Of a DNA stretch of 64,000 nt, positions 15,150-26,640 are shown in pieces; position 1 is the stretch's first letter, and each line of letters opens with the position of its first letter. A program made the translations under genes and the position numbers. The notes below the pieces were generated by a model. That model saw nothing but the letters and a program-made list of their open reading frames with translations, ran no database searches and was not told the origin of the DNA. The DNA is taken from NCBI RefSeq assembly GCF_009914755.1, contig NC_060927.1; one strand, given 5' to 3'. The stretch is from the human T2T-CHM13v2.0 reference genome, Homo sapiens.

Positions 15150-15950
15150 ATTTATTTGGTAATTCCGGTTATACTGCATGTAAAACTTTTTATTTTGTTT
15201 TTATGCAATATTTTTATGTCGGTTTTATTATAATAGATATTATAGCTAAACACCATTTAAAATATTTGTCAGTATACATTCATATGGATGGTTCACATTT
15301 ATTTAATCATACTGGTTAACTAACTGGTTACCATTTAGGTGTTTAAATTTTTCACTATTATGAGTGAGATTATAATGAACATCATTATATGTACATATTT
15401 TCTGAAGTTTTAGTTATTTCTTTTTGATGCATTTATTTTTACTGATCAAAAGGTATGAACCTTAAGAGTTTCTTTAATCTATTACCAAATTATTTTCTAA
15501 TGATTACACCAATTTATACATTTACCAGGAATGCAATTAGGTTGCCATTTTACTATATTCTAGATAACGCTCAATATTATCAGTTTTTTAATCTTATTTT
15601 CATATACAAAATAAATATAGCTTCATAGGTGTTTCTGAATGGTGTTTCTCTGATTAGTAATAAAATCAAACATTTTTAATTTACTTAAAAATGTTTTTTT
15701 CTTTGAGATTTTTCTATTCCTGGGCTTTACCTATTTTCTAGTAATTATTCCTACTCATTTGTATGAGATCTTATAGCAAAGGTACAGAAACTTTATCAAA
15801 TTTACTGCAGATAATCTCCCAGTTTGACATTTTATTCATAATTTTTTGATACGTAGTTAGACAACCGAATATATTTTTAACTCAGGATTTCTCCAATTGC
15901 TTTTAATAACATTAATTTCTTTATGCACATAAGTAGTTTTACTCATAGTA
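15150..15950 (-). mobile_element. Degenerate L1M (L1ME-like) 3' fragment
   Basis: Motifs such as attacaccaatttatacatttaccagga and tttctctgattagtaataa resemble old L1 ORF2 3' regions in reverse. Confidence 0.55.
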
Positions 15951-15969
15951 TCACTAGTAACATAGGAGG

Positions 15970-16288
15970 CTTTTTGGTTTTGGTTTGGTTTTTTTGAGAC
16001 AGGGTCTCGCTGTGTCACCCAGGCTGGAGTGCAGTGATGCTATTATGGCTCACTGCAGCCCCCATCTCTCAGGCTCAATGAATCCTCTCACCTCAGCCTC
16101 CCCAGTAGCTGGCACTACAGGAGCATGTCACAATGCCCTGGTAATTTTATATACTTTATTTTTTTTTTTAAGAGACAGGGCCTCATTATGTTGCCCAGGC
16201 TGGTCTGGAACTCCTGGATTCAAGTGATGCTCCCTCCTCAGCCTCCTGAAGTGCTGGGATTACAGGCATAAGCCACTGTGCTCACCAG
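15970..16288 (-). mobile_element. Alu (AluJ-type)
   Basis: gagacagggtctcgctgtgtcacccaggctgg..atggctcactgcagcc..ggctca, AluJ-like features. Confidence 0.9.
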
Positions 16289-16479
16289 ACTTTTTAAATG
16301 CAGTGTTTTGTTTTTTCTCCCAGCTTCCATCCATAACACTTTTACTCCCCAACTCCCAGGAATATAAATATCTTATAAATATTCCCTTTTCCCCCAGAGC
16401 ATCTTATTTTTAAGTGTATATTCCACTAGTATTGGAGATAGTAATTTGCTGAAATAGGCAGATGAAAATAGTATTTTAA

Positions 16480-16965
16480 AAATATTTTTATTGGGGTAAA
16501 TTATACACAACATAACTTTTATCATTTTAGTCATATTTAAGTGTACAGTTCAGTAGCATTAAGTGCATTAATATTGTTGTGGAATGATCACCATCATTTA
16601 TCTCTAGAACATTTTCATCTTCCTAAACAGAAACACTGTACCCATTAAACAATAGCTCCCAGTAGACCCCTTCCCCTGGCAACTACCATTCAACTTTCTG
16701 TCTCTGTAAGTTCGACTACTCTAGCTTTCTCATGTAATTGGAATCATACAATATTTGTCCTTTTGTGTCTGGCTTATTTCAATCAGCCTTATGTCCTCAA
16801 GGTTAATCCATGTTGTAACATGTATGAGAATTTCAATCCTTTTTAAGACTGAGTAATATTCCACCACAATTTATTTATCCATTCACCTGTCCATGAACAT
16901 TTGGGTTGTTTTTACCTTTTGGTTATTGAAGGTAATGCTGCTGTTAACATTAGCATACAAAAATA
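16480..16965 (-). mobile_element. L1MB-type 3' end fragment
   Basis: tttaagtgtacagttcagtagcattaagt..ccctggcaactaccatt..tgtctggcttatttca, typical of the L1MB 3'UTR in reverse. Confidence 0.75.
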
Positions 16966-17324
16966 GTCTTTTAAACACATTGTTAACCACTACATATACA
17001 AACATTGAAATCGGGAACACTGGTACCAATTACTGACACTTAAATTACGAATCAGCTTTACCTATACTATATGGAGAAGTTCTGTGCTCTCAATATTTCT
17101 CTCAAGACCTCAAAAGTCATCCTTGTGCACCCAATCAGATATTTTTTCAAAATATGATAGAAACATGTTCAACCAATAGCCACAAAAGTAGTAGCCTCAG
17201 GAGACTCATTCTCGCAGTGAATTGGGCATGCACCAAATTCCAGGCAAGATGAGGAGACATTGTGGAAGATGCTCTCCTTCTTTTAAGCCAAAGAGACGTC
17301 AATAATTGTGGCATATTATTAATT

Positions 17325-17354
17325 AGTGCCTTATTCCTCTACAATTTTTTTCAG
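17325..17354 (+). other. OR5K2: 3' splice acceptor upstream of the OR coding exon
   Basis: Pyrimidine tract ccttattcctctacaatttttttcAG ending at 17354, 11 nt before the ATG; typical of OR genes with upstream non-coding exons. Confidence 0.7.
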
Positions 17355-17365
17355 AGAGGTCAGGA

Positions 17366-18316
17366 ATGGTTGAAGAAAATCATACCATGAAAAATGAGTT
17401 TATCCTCACAGGATTTACAGATCACCCTGAGCTGAAGACTCTGCTGTTTGTGGTGTTCTTTGCCATCTATCTGATCACCGTGGTGGGGAATATTAGTTTG
17501 GTGGCACTGATATTTACACACTGTCGGCTTCACACACCAATGTACATCTTTCTGGGAAATCTGGCTCTTGTGGATTCTTGCTGTGCCTGTGCTATTACCC
17601 CCAAAATGTTAGAGAACTTCTTTTCTGAGGGCAAAAGGATTTCCCTCTATGAATGTGCAGTACAGTTTTATTTTCTTTGCACTGTGGAAACTGCAGACTG
17701 CTTTCTTCTGGCAGCAGTGGCCTATGACCGCTATGTGGCCATCTGCAACCCACTGCAGTACCACATCATGATGTCCAAGAAACTCTGCATTCAGATGACC
17801 ACAGGCGCCTTCATAGCTGGAAATCTGCATTCCATGATTCATGTAGGGCTTGTATTTAGGTTAGTTTTCTGTGGATTGAATCACATCAACCACTTTTACT
17901 GTGATACTCTTCCCTTGTATAGACTCTCCTGTGTTGACCCTTTCATCAATGAACTGGTTCTATTCATCTTCTCAGGTTCAGTTCAAGTCTTTACCATAGG
18001 TAGTGTCTTAATATCTTATCTCTATATTCTTCTTACTATTTTCAGAATGAAATCCAAGGAGGGAAGGGCCAAAGCCTTTTCTACTTGTGCATCCCACTTT
18101 TCATCAGTTTCATTATTCTATGGATCTATTTTTTTCCTATACATTAGACCAAATTTGCTTGAAGAAGGAGGTAATGATATACCAGCTGCTATTTTATTTA
18201 CAATAGTAGTTCCCTTACTAAATCCTTTCATTTATAGTCTGAGAAACAAGGAAGTAATAAGTGTCTTAAGAAAAATTCTGCTGAAAATAAAATCTCAAGG
18301 AAGTGTGAACAAATGA
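17366..18316 (+). CDS. OR5K2: Olfactory receptor family 5 subfamily K member 2, 316 aa, single coding exon
   Basis: Intact ORF with OR motifs LHTPMY, (V)[40 protein letters not shown] and N-terminal sequon NHT. The length and C-terminus [12 protein letters not shown] distinguish it from OR5K1 as I recall that sequence. Confidence 0.93.
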
Positions 18317-19829
18317 CATCTATCCTAGCTTAATGGTTTAATGCTCAAAAAACTTCTAAATAAAATTACACAGAGGAAGTGTACTAATTGTATACAAAAT
18401 ATTAAAACATATCAAAATACAATCAAATTAAGCAGAAATATGTGACAGGGAAAATTCATGGAAAGGAGTGAACTGTGCTAAATATTTACTCAGAATTTAA
18501 AAGCACATGCAGACATTGAATTCACTCAAGCAGCAATGTAGAAAGCCACCATGCCTATAGACTGTGTTAGTATCAATGATGATCAACACCCAAAACAACA
18601 GCAAAACTACCAGTTACAAATATAAAAAGCCATACCATTTACAAAGCGGGCTTTGATAACCAGCCCACTCTATAGCTTACAACATGTGCATTACAGTTAA
18701 GTGTTTAAGATCATGTGAACAGTCAACCAACGAACTCACTTATATCCATGAGCAACAAAAATGGCAAGTGAATTTTGAGGAAGAAAATGTAATAGCATGT
18801 GGGGGACATTATTGTAGTTAGAATGAGGTAGTCAGGAAGTGATTGTGCCAATAAAAGTGAATATTATATTTCCAAATAGAAGTTGTTGTTAAATGATTTA
18901 AACATTTAAATAATTAAAATCAGAATGTCAAATTTCAAGATAGGTTACATTAAGTTTTATTTACTCCAAAACCTACATGCATAAAGATACCATATCATAA
19001 AGTTCTAGACAAACATTTCAAACTTCATGTAGATCTGAAGAGCCTTCATTGTCAGTGAGTTAGGCTAAACTTCTCTGTGCCCATTCCTGAGAGGTGAGGA
19101 AGGGGTTAAACAATGGAGACACAACCTTTGGGTATATTATATACAGACATGTAAAAAAGTGTGATTGTGGGACTGTGGACAGGGCTTATCTCAAATATTT
19201 TCTTTTATTCCTTCACCATTGCAAAACTTAAAGTCGTTTAATATGGATAGAACCTAATAATCTTATGTGACATCATTAAAGAGATACTTTCCAATTATTC
19301 ACTCTACATATATTTATTGAGATTCTGCTATGTGCAAGCACTGTTCTAGATGCTGAGACATATTAATGACCAAGACACCACTCTTTTCATCTTCTTAAAT
19401 AATAGAACATTGCCATTATTTTAATTACTAACTTCTGGAACAAGGAGGACCCATAACAAGTAACAGAAAAATTCTCCCTTCCACCTCCTCTCTTGATGCT
19501 CTGTGGTCACATCTAAATTTCCAGAAGGCAGTTGTCAGATTGCAGTGGGCCTCAAGCTAGCCAGCCACCAGAGGCTGGCATCACATGGAAAATCAGCATG
19601 CTGAGTCTATATAGAAAAGGGAGTAGAAAACAGATATATTTCTAGATATAATTCCCTAAATCATGAATGAAAAACTATAAAAATATAGTGTATATTTGTA
19701 ACCTCCAAGAAAACCTAACCTAGTTCATTCCAATTATACTCAGACATTTCAGTATTTCCTTGCCTGTTTCAAATTTAAACCCCATCAGTTGAGTTTTTGC
19801 CTAATGCACGTCCATCAGCATCACCAAAT

Positions 19830-20050
19830 GTACTTGGATACTTACTATGCGTCCATGTGCTAAGCTGTGTATACACATTACCTCATCCAACCCTCATAAA
19901 TCCTGTGAAAGAATTGCAATTATTATCCCATGTGACAGGTGAGAATATGAAGCACAGTATGGTTGAGTCACTTGTTCAGTGACCCACAGGAGTCTGCATG
20001 ACCTGAACCCCAGGCTGCCTGACTACAAAAACTACATTCTCAATTATTAC
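19830..20050 (-). mobile_element. MIR SINE
   Basis: ttattatcccatgtgacaggtgagaatatgaagcacag..cacttgttcag..tgaaccccagg, MIR core. Confidence 0.75.
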
Positions 20051-20483
20051 ATAAGAAATCACAAAAGGTCACCCAGAGATTGCACAGAATCGTTTATCCC
20101 ACGCAATGCAGAACAGCATAGTGTTCTTTGGAAAATTAATTTTAAGAAATTTAAATATCAGGAGAATTTTTATTTAAAATTTTTATTAAAAATTTTTATA
20201 AAAGCAAAAATTGACTTTTCTTGAAAAAGTGGCAACAATTCTTATGTCACCTCCCTGGCCCCTCTGAACATTTAAATTTATAACTTTGCATCTTTGCATT
20301 AAAAACTACTGCCTCTCATCATACTTCATTATTTCAGTGCTTACTTACAGTAAAAATATTTACCAAGTTGTAGTTGTGAATTATAAAATATGCTGATTTG
20401 AACAATTTCTCAATGTTTCAGCTTACCTTTTATAGTGAAAACATTAAAAAAAAGAAAAGACCAAAAAGTTCCAGAAGGGATAA

Positions 20484-20489
20484 TTTATT
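20484..20489 (-). terminator. Candidate polyadenylation signal for the distal CLDND1 last exon
   Basis: AATAAA on the minus strand followed by a U-rich downstream element (TTTTTGGTCTTTTCTTTTTTT). Confidence 0.4.
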
Positions 20490-21113
20490 AATTCGTTTGC
20501 AGTCAATATATAGTGGGTTAAGAAAAAGCAAAAATAACAATAAATAAATAAGCTAAATACAGAATTTTTTGGGCACCTAATGAAATGGTGGTGTGTTTTG
20601 GGGGTGTGTATTTCTGCTAGATGCCATTTCACTATGCATTAAGTATGCAAGGTAGGATTCAACTACTATCAGGAGGAAATATGGGAAATTTTGACCTGTT
20701 TGTTATACACCAGAGCAGAAAAACTGGGAAGAAATACTCAACCTACAAGAAAAATAAATAGATTTAACCAGAAAAAACTTTACATTTTAAATGCCTGCAT
20801 TGACTTCTTCCCTGGTTTCCTGAGTCCAGCTAGGTCAATTTTATAATAAGAGGTCCCAATTTTCATCTTCTCAGAGATTGCATCTGTTGGTTGCATCGTC
20901 CATGAGTGGAAATTTTACAGTTCAAAGAAAAAATAAGGGTTTGGAGATCATATTCACTGGAGAAGAAAAGAAGATGAAAAAAAGGATGCAGTTCATTTTA
21001 AGTTCTGAGGGTGGAAGTAGATTCGAGGGTGATTTCAGGGAAGTAGATTTGTCTTTTCCTCCAGGGAATAATCAAGGTTCTTCCCAAATCCCTACAACCT
21101 CTTTCCTCTTCTC

Positions 21114-21205
21114 CTACTTGGGCTTCCCTGTTTGCACGCATGCGTGTGCAGGAGTGGCTGTGTGCTTGGACTCAGCTCCAGCTGGAAGCATGCTCTCCTT
21201 TGTCA
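21114..21205 (-). CDS. CLDND1: Candidate distal alternative last coding exon of CLDND1 (VTKESMLPAGAESKHTATPAHACVQTGKPK*)
   Basis: Minus-strand acceptor gaatttctccaacAG| at 21207-21206. A phase-1 join to the donor at 36736 gives an open frame of 30 aa ending at TAG (21116-21114), predicting a 210-aa isoform. Confidence 0.6.
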
Positions 21206-21224
21206 CTGTTGGAGAAATTCAACA

Positions 21225-21317
21225 GTACAAAAATACAGTTGATGACTTGATGAAAGGGCTGCACCTTCAAGCCATAGATGCAGCCCTTTTGTCAAGTCAT
21301 CAACTGCATTTTTGTAC
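21225..21317. repeat. Inverted repeat/hairpin: 39-bp arms, 15-nt loop, 3 mismatches
   Basis: gtacaaaaatacagttgatgacttgatgaaagggctgca (21225-21263) versus tgcagcccttttgtcaagtcatcaactgcatttttgtac (21279-21317). Confidence 0.95.
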
Positions 21318-23291
21318 CGAAGTTAACAAAAAAAGAGATAAAATATTAATTGTTCCTTTAAACCTTAAGAAAACCTTAAAAGAAAAAAATAAGCCAAATA
21401 CATTATTTTAAAAAGAAAATCTTATACAGTAAACAGTTAACTGTTGAGCTGTACATTCTTTATAAAAAAATTATTCAGTTTTACTGGGCAGGAGATATAG
21501 GTATGAACTTGATAGAAATATGGTAGAACAATAATCAGTATAATTCATTTTAAGCAAATATATTTTACTAAATATGCTTATTGACCAACCCTTTTTGTTA
21601 ACTATAAACTTGCTATTTTATTTGGTTTGAATTAGCTTCATCGCTGCATTATAATTTTATGTTTTGCTTATGGTGATGAATCAACATCAATCCCAGGGAA
21701 CAGAGAGAACAGATACCAGTTAGTCCTGTTTAAGGTGTTAACAATAAAGGTAGCTCCCTTTTCATAAAGGAAAGAAAGCCAAATACTAATGTAGGAAAGT
21801 ATGTATTATCAAATTAGTATGATAACTTTGGAGAAATGAGTCATATGCCGATATGACTTACAGGTCTATTTTGTTTGACGCTCCCTTTAGAAGATAAGGA
21901 TAAAATAATACATACAAAATAAAGGAAAACTGACTGAGATAAAAACCACAAAATTTCTACTGGGAGAATAACTTACTGGGGATTTTTTTAAACATGACTT
22001 TATACAGAGATATGCATCTATGGGGAACTAGTTCTTCATAAAACCAGAGAATTAACATGAGAAGTAAACAACAGCCTTTTGGCTATGATGCCCTAATGGG
22101 CATGTTAGGACATTCTAACCTGAATGCAGGCGTCGGAGCTTACTGGTATACCATTTAAGATGGGCAGTCAGGGGTGGGGAGGAGACATGTTTTGAATGTT
22201 TGCAATCAATCTGAATATAGACTAAATGAGTTACTCTAGGTTACCACAAGTAGGGATAACAGGGCAGGGAAAATTGATTTACTCATGCCTGGAAGGCAAA
22301 TATGTATAGACTAACTCAATGTGTAGGTCAAGTAATGCAATATGAGGGGCACCTAAACTATTCTATTCAAAAGATTTCTCCAACTCTATAGCAAGTACAT
22401 ATTCCACTATTAGAATACTAAATTGAGGCAAACATGATGAGTAGATTTTATCTTTCCTGCCAAATGAGTAAGAGGATGATTGATTGGACTCAGAAATGAA
22501 ATGTGTTATGCTTCCATATTTTTTAAAAATTATTTATTTTTAAAACAAACATGGCAGCACATATTCCACGTTGTTTGTGAGGGGAGGGAGGCAGTCTGTG
22601 TCTCAGGGTCTATTAAATGCATGGCATTTGAGCTGAAGTACTCAAAAACTGTATTAAGAAAGAAAGGCAAGCAGGTAAGAAGCATGAAAGACAAGAAGCA
22701 AAATATTAAGATTAAGGTCTTGAAAGTCCAAGTGTCAAAATGGCAAAAACTTTGGGAGGTGAAACTCATTGTCTCAGTAGCACAAATCAATTAATCTATA
22801 TTGCTTGCTCTTCAACAAGACACAGCCCAGATGAATGAGGCACATATCAAGGAAGCCATTAATTCTCAGAGATCAAGACCAGATAATGTCCCAAACTGAG
22901 GTTCCTGGAAGACCAGGGGCAGCTGGGTTCACAGGAAGACGTAGTTCTAAAAGTGGGTGGGAGGAGGACCCTCATACAAGCTCTATTCTTAGTTTAATGT
23001 TGGGTGAACTAGGAGTGTGACTCTCCAAAAACCCCATTACCTGAGCACTCTCAGTCTCACACTGTCACACACACATACACAAAAAGTAAGACTGAAATGT
23101 ATCATGATGAGAATTCTTGCAGAGAGGCAGGCAATGAGCACCAAAGAGATGAAATCTGGTATAATTTCCTCAGTAATCTGACAGCTGTTCTCCTTTGCTG
23201 CTGCTCTTCCTTGCCTCTTCATCCCCTCCTGTAAAGCATGTCTTCTTTCATCCCAGCAAACTATGTATTGAGTTAGTTCCTCTTAACATGG

Positions 23292-23653
23292 TGTGTTAGT
23301 CCGTTTTCACGCTGCTGATAAAGACATACTCGAGACTGGGAAATTCACAAAAGAAAGAGGTTTAATGGACTTACAGTACCACATGGCTGGGGAGGCCTCA
23401 CAATCACGGGGGAAGGTGAAAGGCACTTCTTACATGGCCATGGCAGCGGCACGAGAGACAGAGTCTGTGCAGGGAAGCTCCCATTTTTAAAACCATCAGA
23501 TCTTGTGAGACTCACTCACTATCACGAGAGCAGTGCAGGAAAGACCTGCCCCCATAATTCAATCACCTGCCACCGGGTTCCCACAACACCTGGGAATTGT
23601 GGGAGTTACAATTCAAGATGAGATTTGAGTGGAGAAACAGCCAAACCATATCA
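23292..23653 (-). mobile_element. THE1 (MaLR) solo LTR
   Basis: tgtgttagtccgttttcacgctgctgataaagacatac..ccaaaccatatca; TG..CA termini; 5-bp TSD catgg/catga. Confidence 0.92.
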
Positions 23654-24824
23654 CATGAGTAATGATGAAGGGCTACACACACAGTAAAAATAATTACATA
23701 GGCACAATCCCTGCTTCTTAGAAATGTATGTAATCAGGCTATTAAAAAAGAAAGTAAAATGGTATAGGATATTTATAGCACATTAATATAATTGACTTAT
23801 AGTAAACCTAATAGAACTTTATCCTTCACAATACTTCCCTTCTCAATTTTTTCTTCTATTTAACTTCATATTTAAATACATAACCTTTATTTAAAGGGAA
23901 ATTACTGTTTTTGAGATAGAAAGATTTATTACTCTCCCTCAGAAAATATACACCAAGAAAGTAACTTGTTTAAGGACTGATAGAAAACAATGAAGCTCAA
24001 AATGTAATAATTATGAGTATGACTATGTACTTTTACATTTGAAAAATGTGTATTATGGATAACCAACTAATAATTAGCTCATAGACAATGAAATGCCAGT
24101 GGCATAATCTAAATATATTTATTTATTCATCCATCATTCAATAAATACTTACTGAGCATTTTTAAAATACACCACACACTACGAGTAAAGCCAGCCAAGA
24201 TTTCTTCTCTCATGGGTCTTACAGAAGTCCTGGGGGGAAGATGTTAAACTAAAATCATTACAATTTAATAAATGTTTAAGATTTATGTGCAATTTCTCCT
24301 GACATCTCAATTTAGTTTTATCAGAAGCTCCACATTCCAAATTAAGACACCAGACTCCTGTGCAGGATTTTCAGAGAGTGGTTTAAAAACTTATCTTGTG
24401 ACCTTTGACTCATTATCCCCCGCAACTATTTATGAGTCTTGGGAATGAATCAGAATTTGGAGAATTCAGACACAGACATTCTCTAGAAAGACTTAACGGG
24501 TTTTCCTGTAGTCCCACCCGTTGCAATGAGGAGGCTTGGCCCCGCTCACTCTACTTACCCAGTTGAGAGGGTCTTTACTCAGAGAGTTTGATACATGTCC
24601 CCTGGAGTTTGGGAAACCTATAGAAGAATATATGACTCCCCGTTGAGGGGTCCAAAAGGTGAAAGGGCTTGATTAGACAGCGCTGAAATACTGAGACCCC
24701 AAGGTGAGCTGAGAGAGACCTGCATTCCCTCTGTCCAGCTATCCATTAATCCTTCATGATTCTTGTGGGTTAAAAGCCTTCCTAAGAGAAGGAGCTGGCC
24801 TGGGGCCCTAATAAAAGAGAACTC

Positions 24825-25110
24825 TTTCTTTTTAAAAAAGTTTTTAGAGACAAAATCTCACTCTGTCACCCAGGCTAAGATCATAGCTCACTGCAACCTC
24901 AAATTTTGGGCTCAAGCGATCCTCCTGCCTTAGCCTCCCCAGTAGCAGGGACAACAGGCATGTGCCACCGTGCCTATTTTTTAAATTTTTTATAGAGACA
25001 AAGTCTTGCCATGTTGCTCAGGCTGGTCTTAAACTTCTGGCCTCAAGTGATCCTCCTGCCTCAGCCTCCCAAAGTGCTGGGATTACAGACATGAGCCACT
25101 GCGCCCAGAC
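24825..25110 (-). mobile_element. Alu (AluJ-type, internally deleted)
   Basis: gatcatagctcactgcaacctc..gggctcaagcgatcctcctgcc..cccaaagtgctgggattaca. Confidence 0.88.
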
Positions 25111-25617
25111 CCAAAGAGAATTCTTCAGTGTGGTTCCAACAGAGGGGAACCAGCCTTCCAGGAATGGGATTGAGGGTCAGCCCGATGAAGGACAGATATT
25201 GATTTTACATGTTAGCAAAGCTGCAGTCTGAAGATCTGCAGAGGGAAAGTCTCTGAGAAACTCACAGAATGGCTCTAAAAAGAGAAAGAGCCTGCATTAT
25301 GCATGGGCCCTCCATGGCTCCAGGTTCAGATGACAGCAGTACCAGCCACAGTCGAAATATACTTTGCCCTAATCTACTCTCCCACTGGTTTGACCATAGA
25401 GAGGTCAGAAACAGTCAGTGACTGAGGACAGAGAGAAAAGGCTGAGAAAGCCTCCTCCCCCACTGTGGGCCTCCCAACGACAGGCAAACCGAAGCTAAGA
25501 GAGAGAAGAGTTTTAACACTGAATAGTGAGTTTTTATACCTCCCTAATTGAACTGGAGTGTGATTATTAGACTGACTTTTTAGTGCTCCTCTACCTCAAA
25601 AGGGACTAGTTCATTAA

Positions 25618-25754
25618 TTTTTTTTTTTTTTTTTTTTGGTAATTTTTTGTAGAGGCAAAGGCCAGGCTGGTCTGAAACTCCTGGCCTCACGCCATCCTCT
25701 CACCTCAGCCTCCCAAAGAACTGGAATTATAGGCATGAACCACCGTGCCTGGCT
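25618..25754 (-). mobile_element. Alu monomer/FLAM fragment with poly(A) tail
   Basis: T tract followed by ggccaggctggtctgaaactcctggcctc..ccaccgtgcctggc. Confidence 0.8.
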
Positions 25755-26115
25755 AATTAACTATTAAATGACTAAAAAACCTACTTTAGATCTTATGGAG
25801 GTATAGAAAAAATGGATCTACAGAGTCTCAAAGGAGTAGTAGCAAGTGGAATCACTCTTATATTTGGACCTAACGGTCTACTGCAGTCAATAACTACCAC
25901 ATTCAAGAACTTCACAATGCGATGAAATGTAAGAGAACTAACCTAAAACAGATAATTAGGGAAACTTGACTGAAGAAGCAAATATTAAGTTTTCATCTGA
26001 AAAATAAGTGTTACCTGGGTAAAAGGAGTGGGATGCGGGAGCGTAAAGGTCAGAAAAAGCTATTTGGAAAAAGGGGGAAAAAAACCATGAGAAAGCCTGT
26101 GGTAGGAAACAGCAC

Positions 26116-26640
26116 TGTTGCAGATACTGTGGCTGCATAACAAATGACCCCAAAACATAGCGGCACAAAACAACAATTCATTTTATTTCTACCAGTTCCA
26201 TAGGTTGATTGGGCTCAGCTAGTTGGTTCTTTATTAGAGTCTCACAAGGATGTAGTAAGATAATAGCTGTGGCTGAAGTCATCTGAAGGCTTGTTAAGGC
26301 TGGACATCCAGGATGGCTCCCACACATGGCTGGAAATGATGTTGGCTGTCAGTTGGGAGCTTAGCTTGGGATTTCAGCTGGAGCATCTACACAGGACACC
26401 TCCATGTGGCCTGGACTTCACAGCATGGTATCTGGGTTTGGAGAGGGAATGTTCTAAGACTGAGTGTTCCAAGAGAACTGGTTTAAGGACACATGATCTT
26501 TAGGACCTCATGAGAAGAGTGTCATTTCAGGCACACTCTATTGGTCAAAACCATCACAAGCCAGCCTAGATTCAAGGGGATGGGAATCTCAATGCAAGAT
26601 TGATCGAAGGATTTTAAGGCCATGTTTTTAAACTACCATA
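26116..26640 (-). mobile_element. MLT1 (MaLR) LTR
   Basis: The minus strand ends AATAAAATGAATTGTTGTTTTGTGCCGCTATGTTTTGGGGTCATTTGTTATGCAGCCACAGTATCTGCAACA, a typical MLT1 3' end. Confidence 0.8.
26418..26431 (-). CDS. CLDND1: Candidate LTR-derived alternative last exon of CLDND1 (coding part DTML*)
   Basis: Acceptor attccctctccaaacccAG| at 26433-26432. A phase-1 join to the 36736 donor reads GAT ACC ATG CTG TGA. LTR AATAAA at 26187-26182. Confidence 0.5.

Noticed and set aside
20878-21411. 177-aa plus-strand ORF
   Set aside because: TTG start, no recognisable domain, and antisense to the candidate CLDND1 exon and hairpin; likely chance.
23041-23228. Possible minus-strand internal exon (tttacAG..CAG|GTAATG)
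   Set aside because: The pyrimidine tract is poor and there is no supporting frame or homology; cannot be supported from sequence alone.
24290-25900. Possible ancient LTR-like segment interrupted by Alus
   Set aside because: Composition is suggestive but I cannot assign a family or termini.
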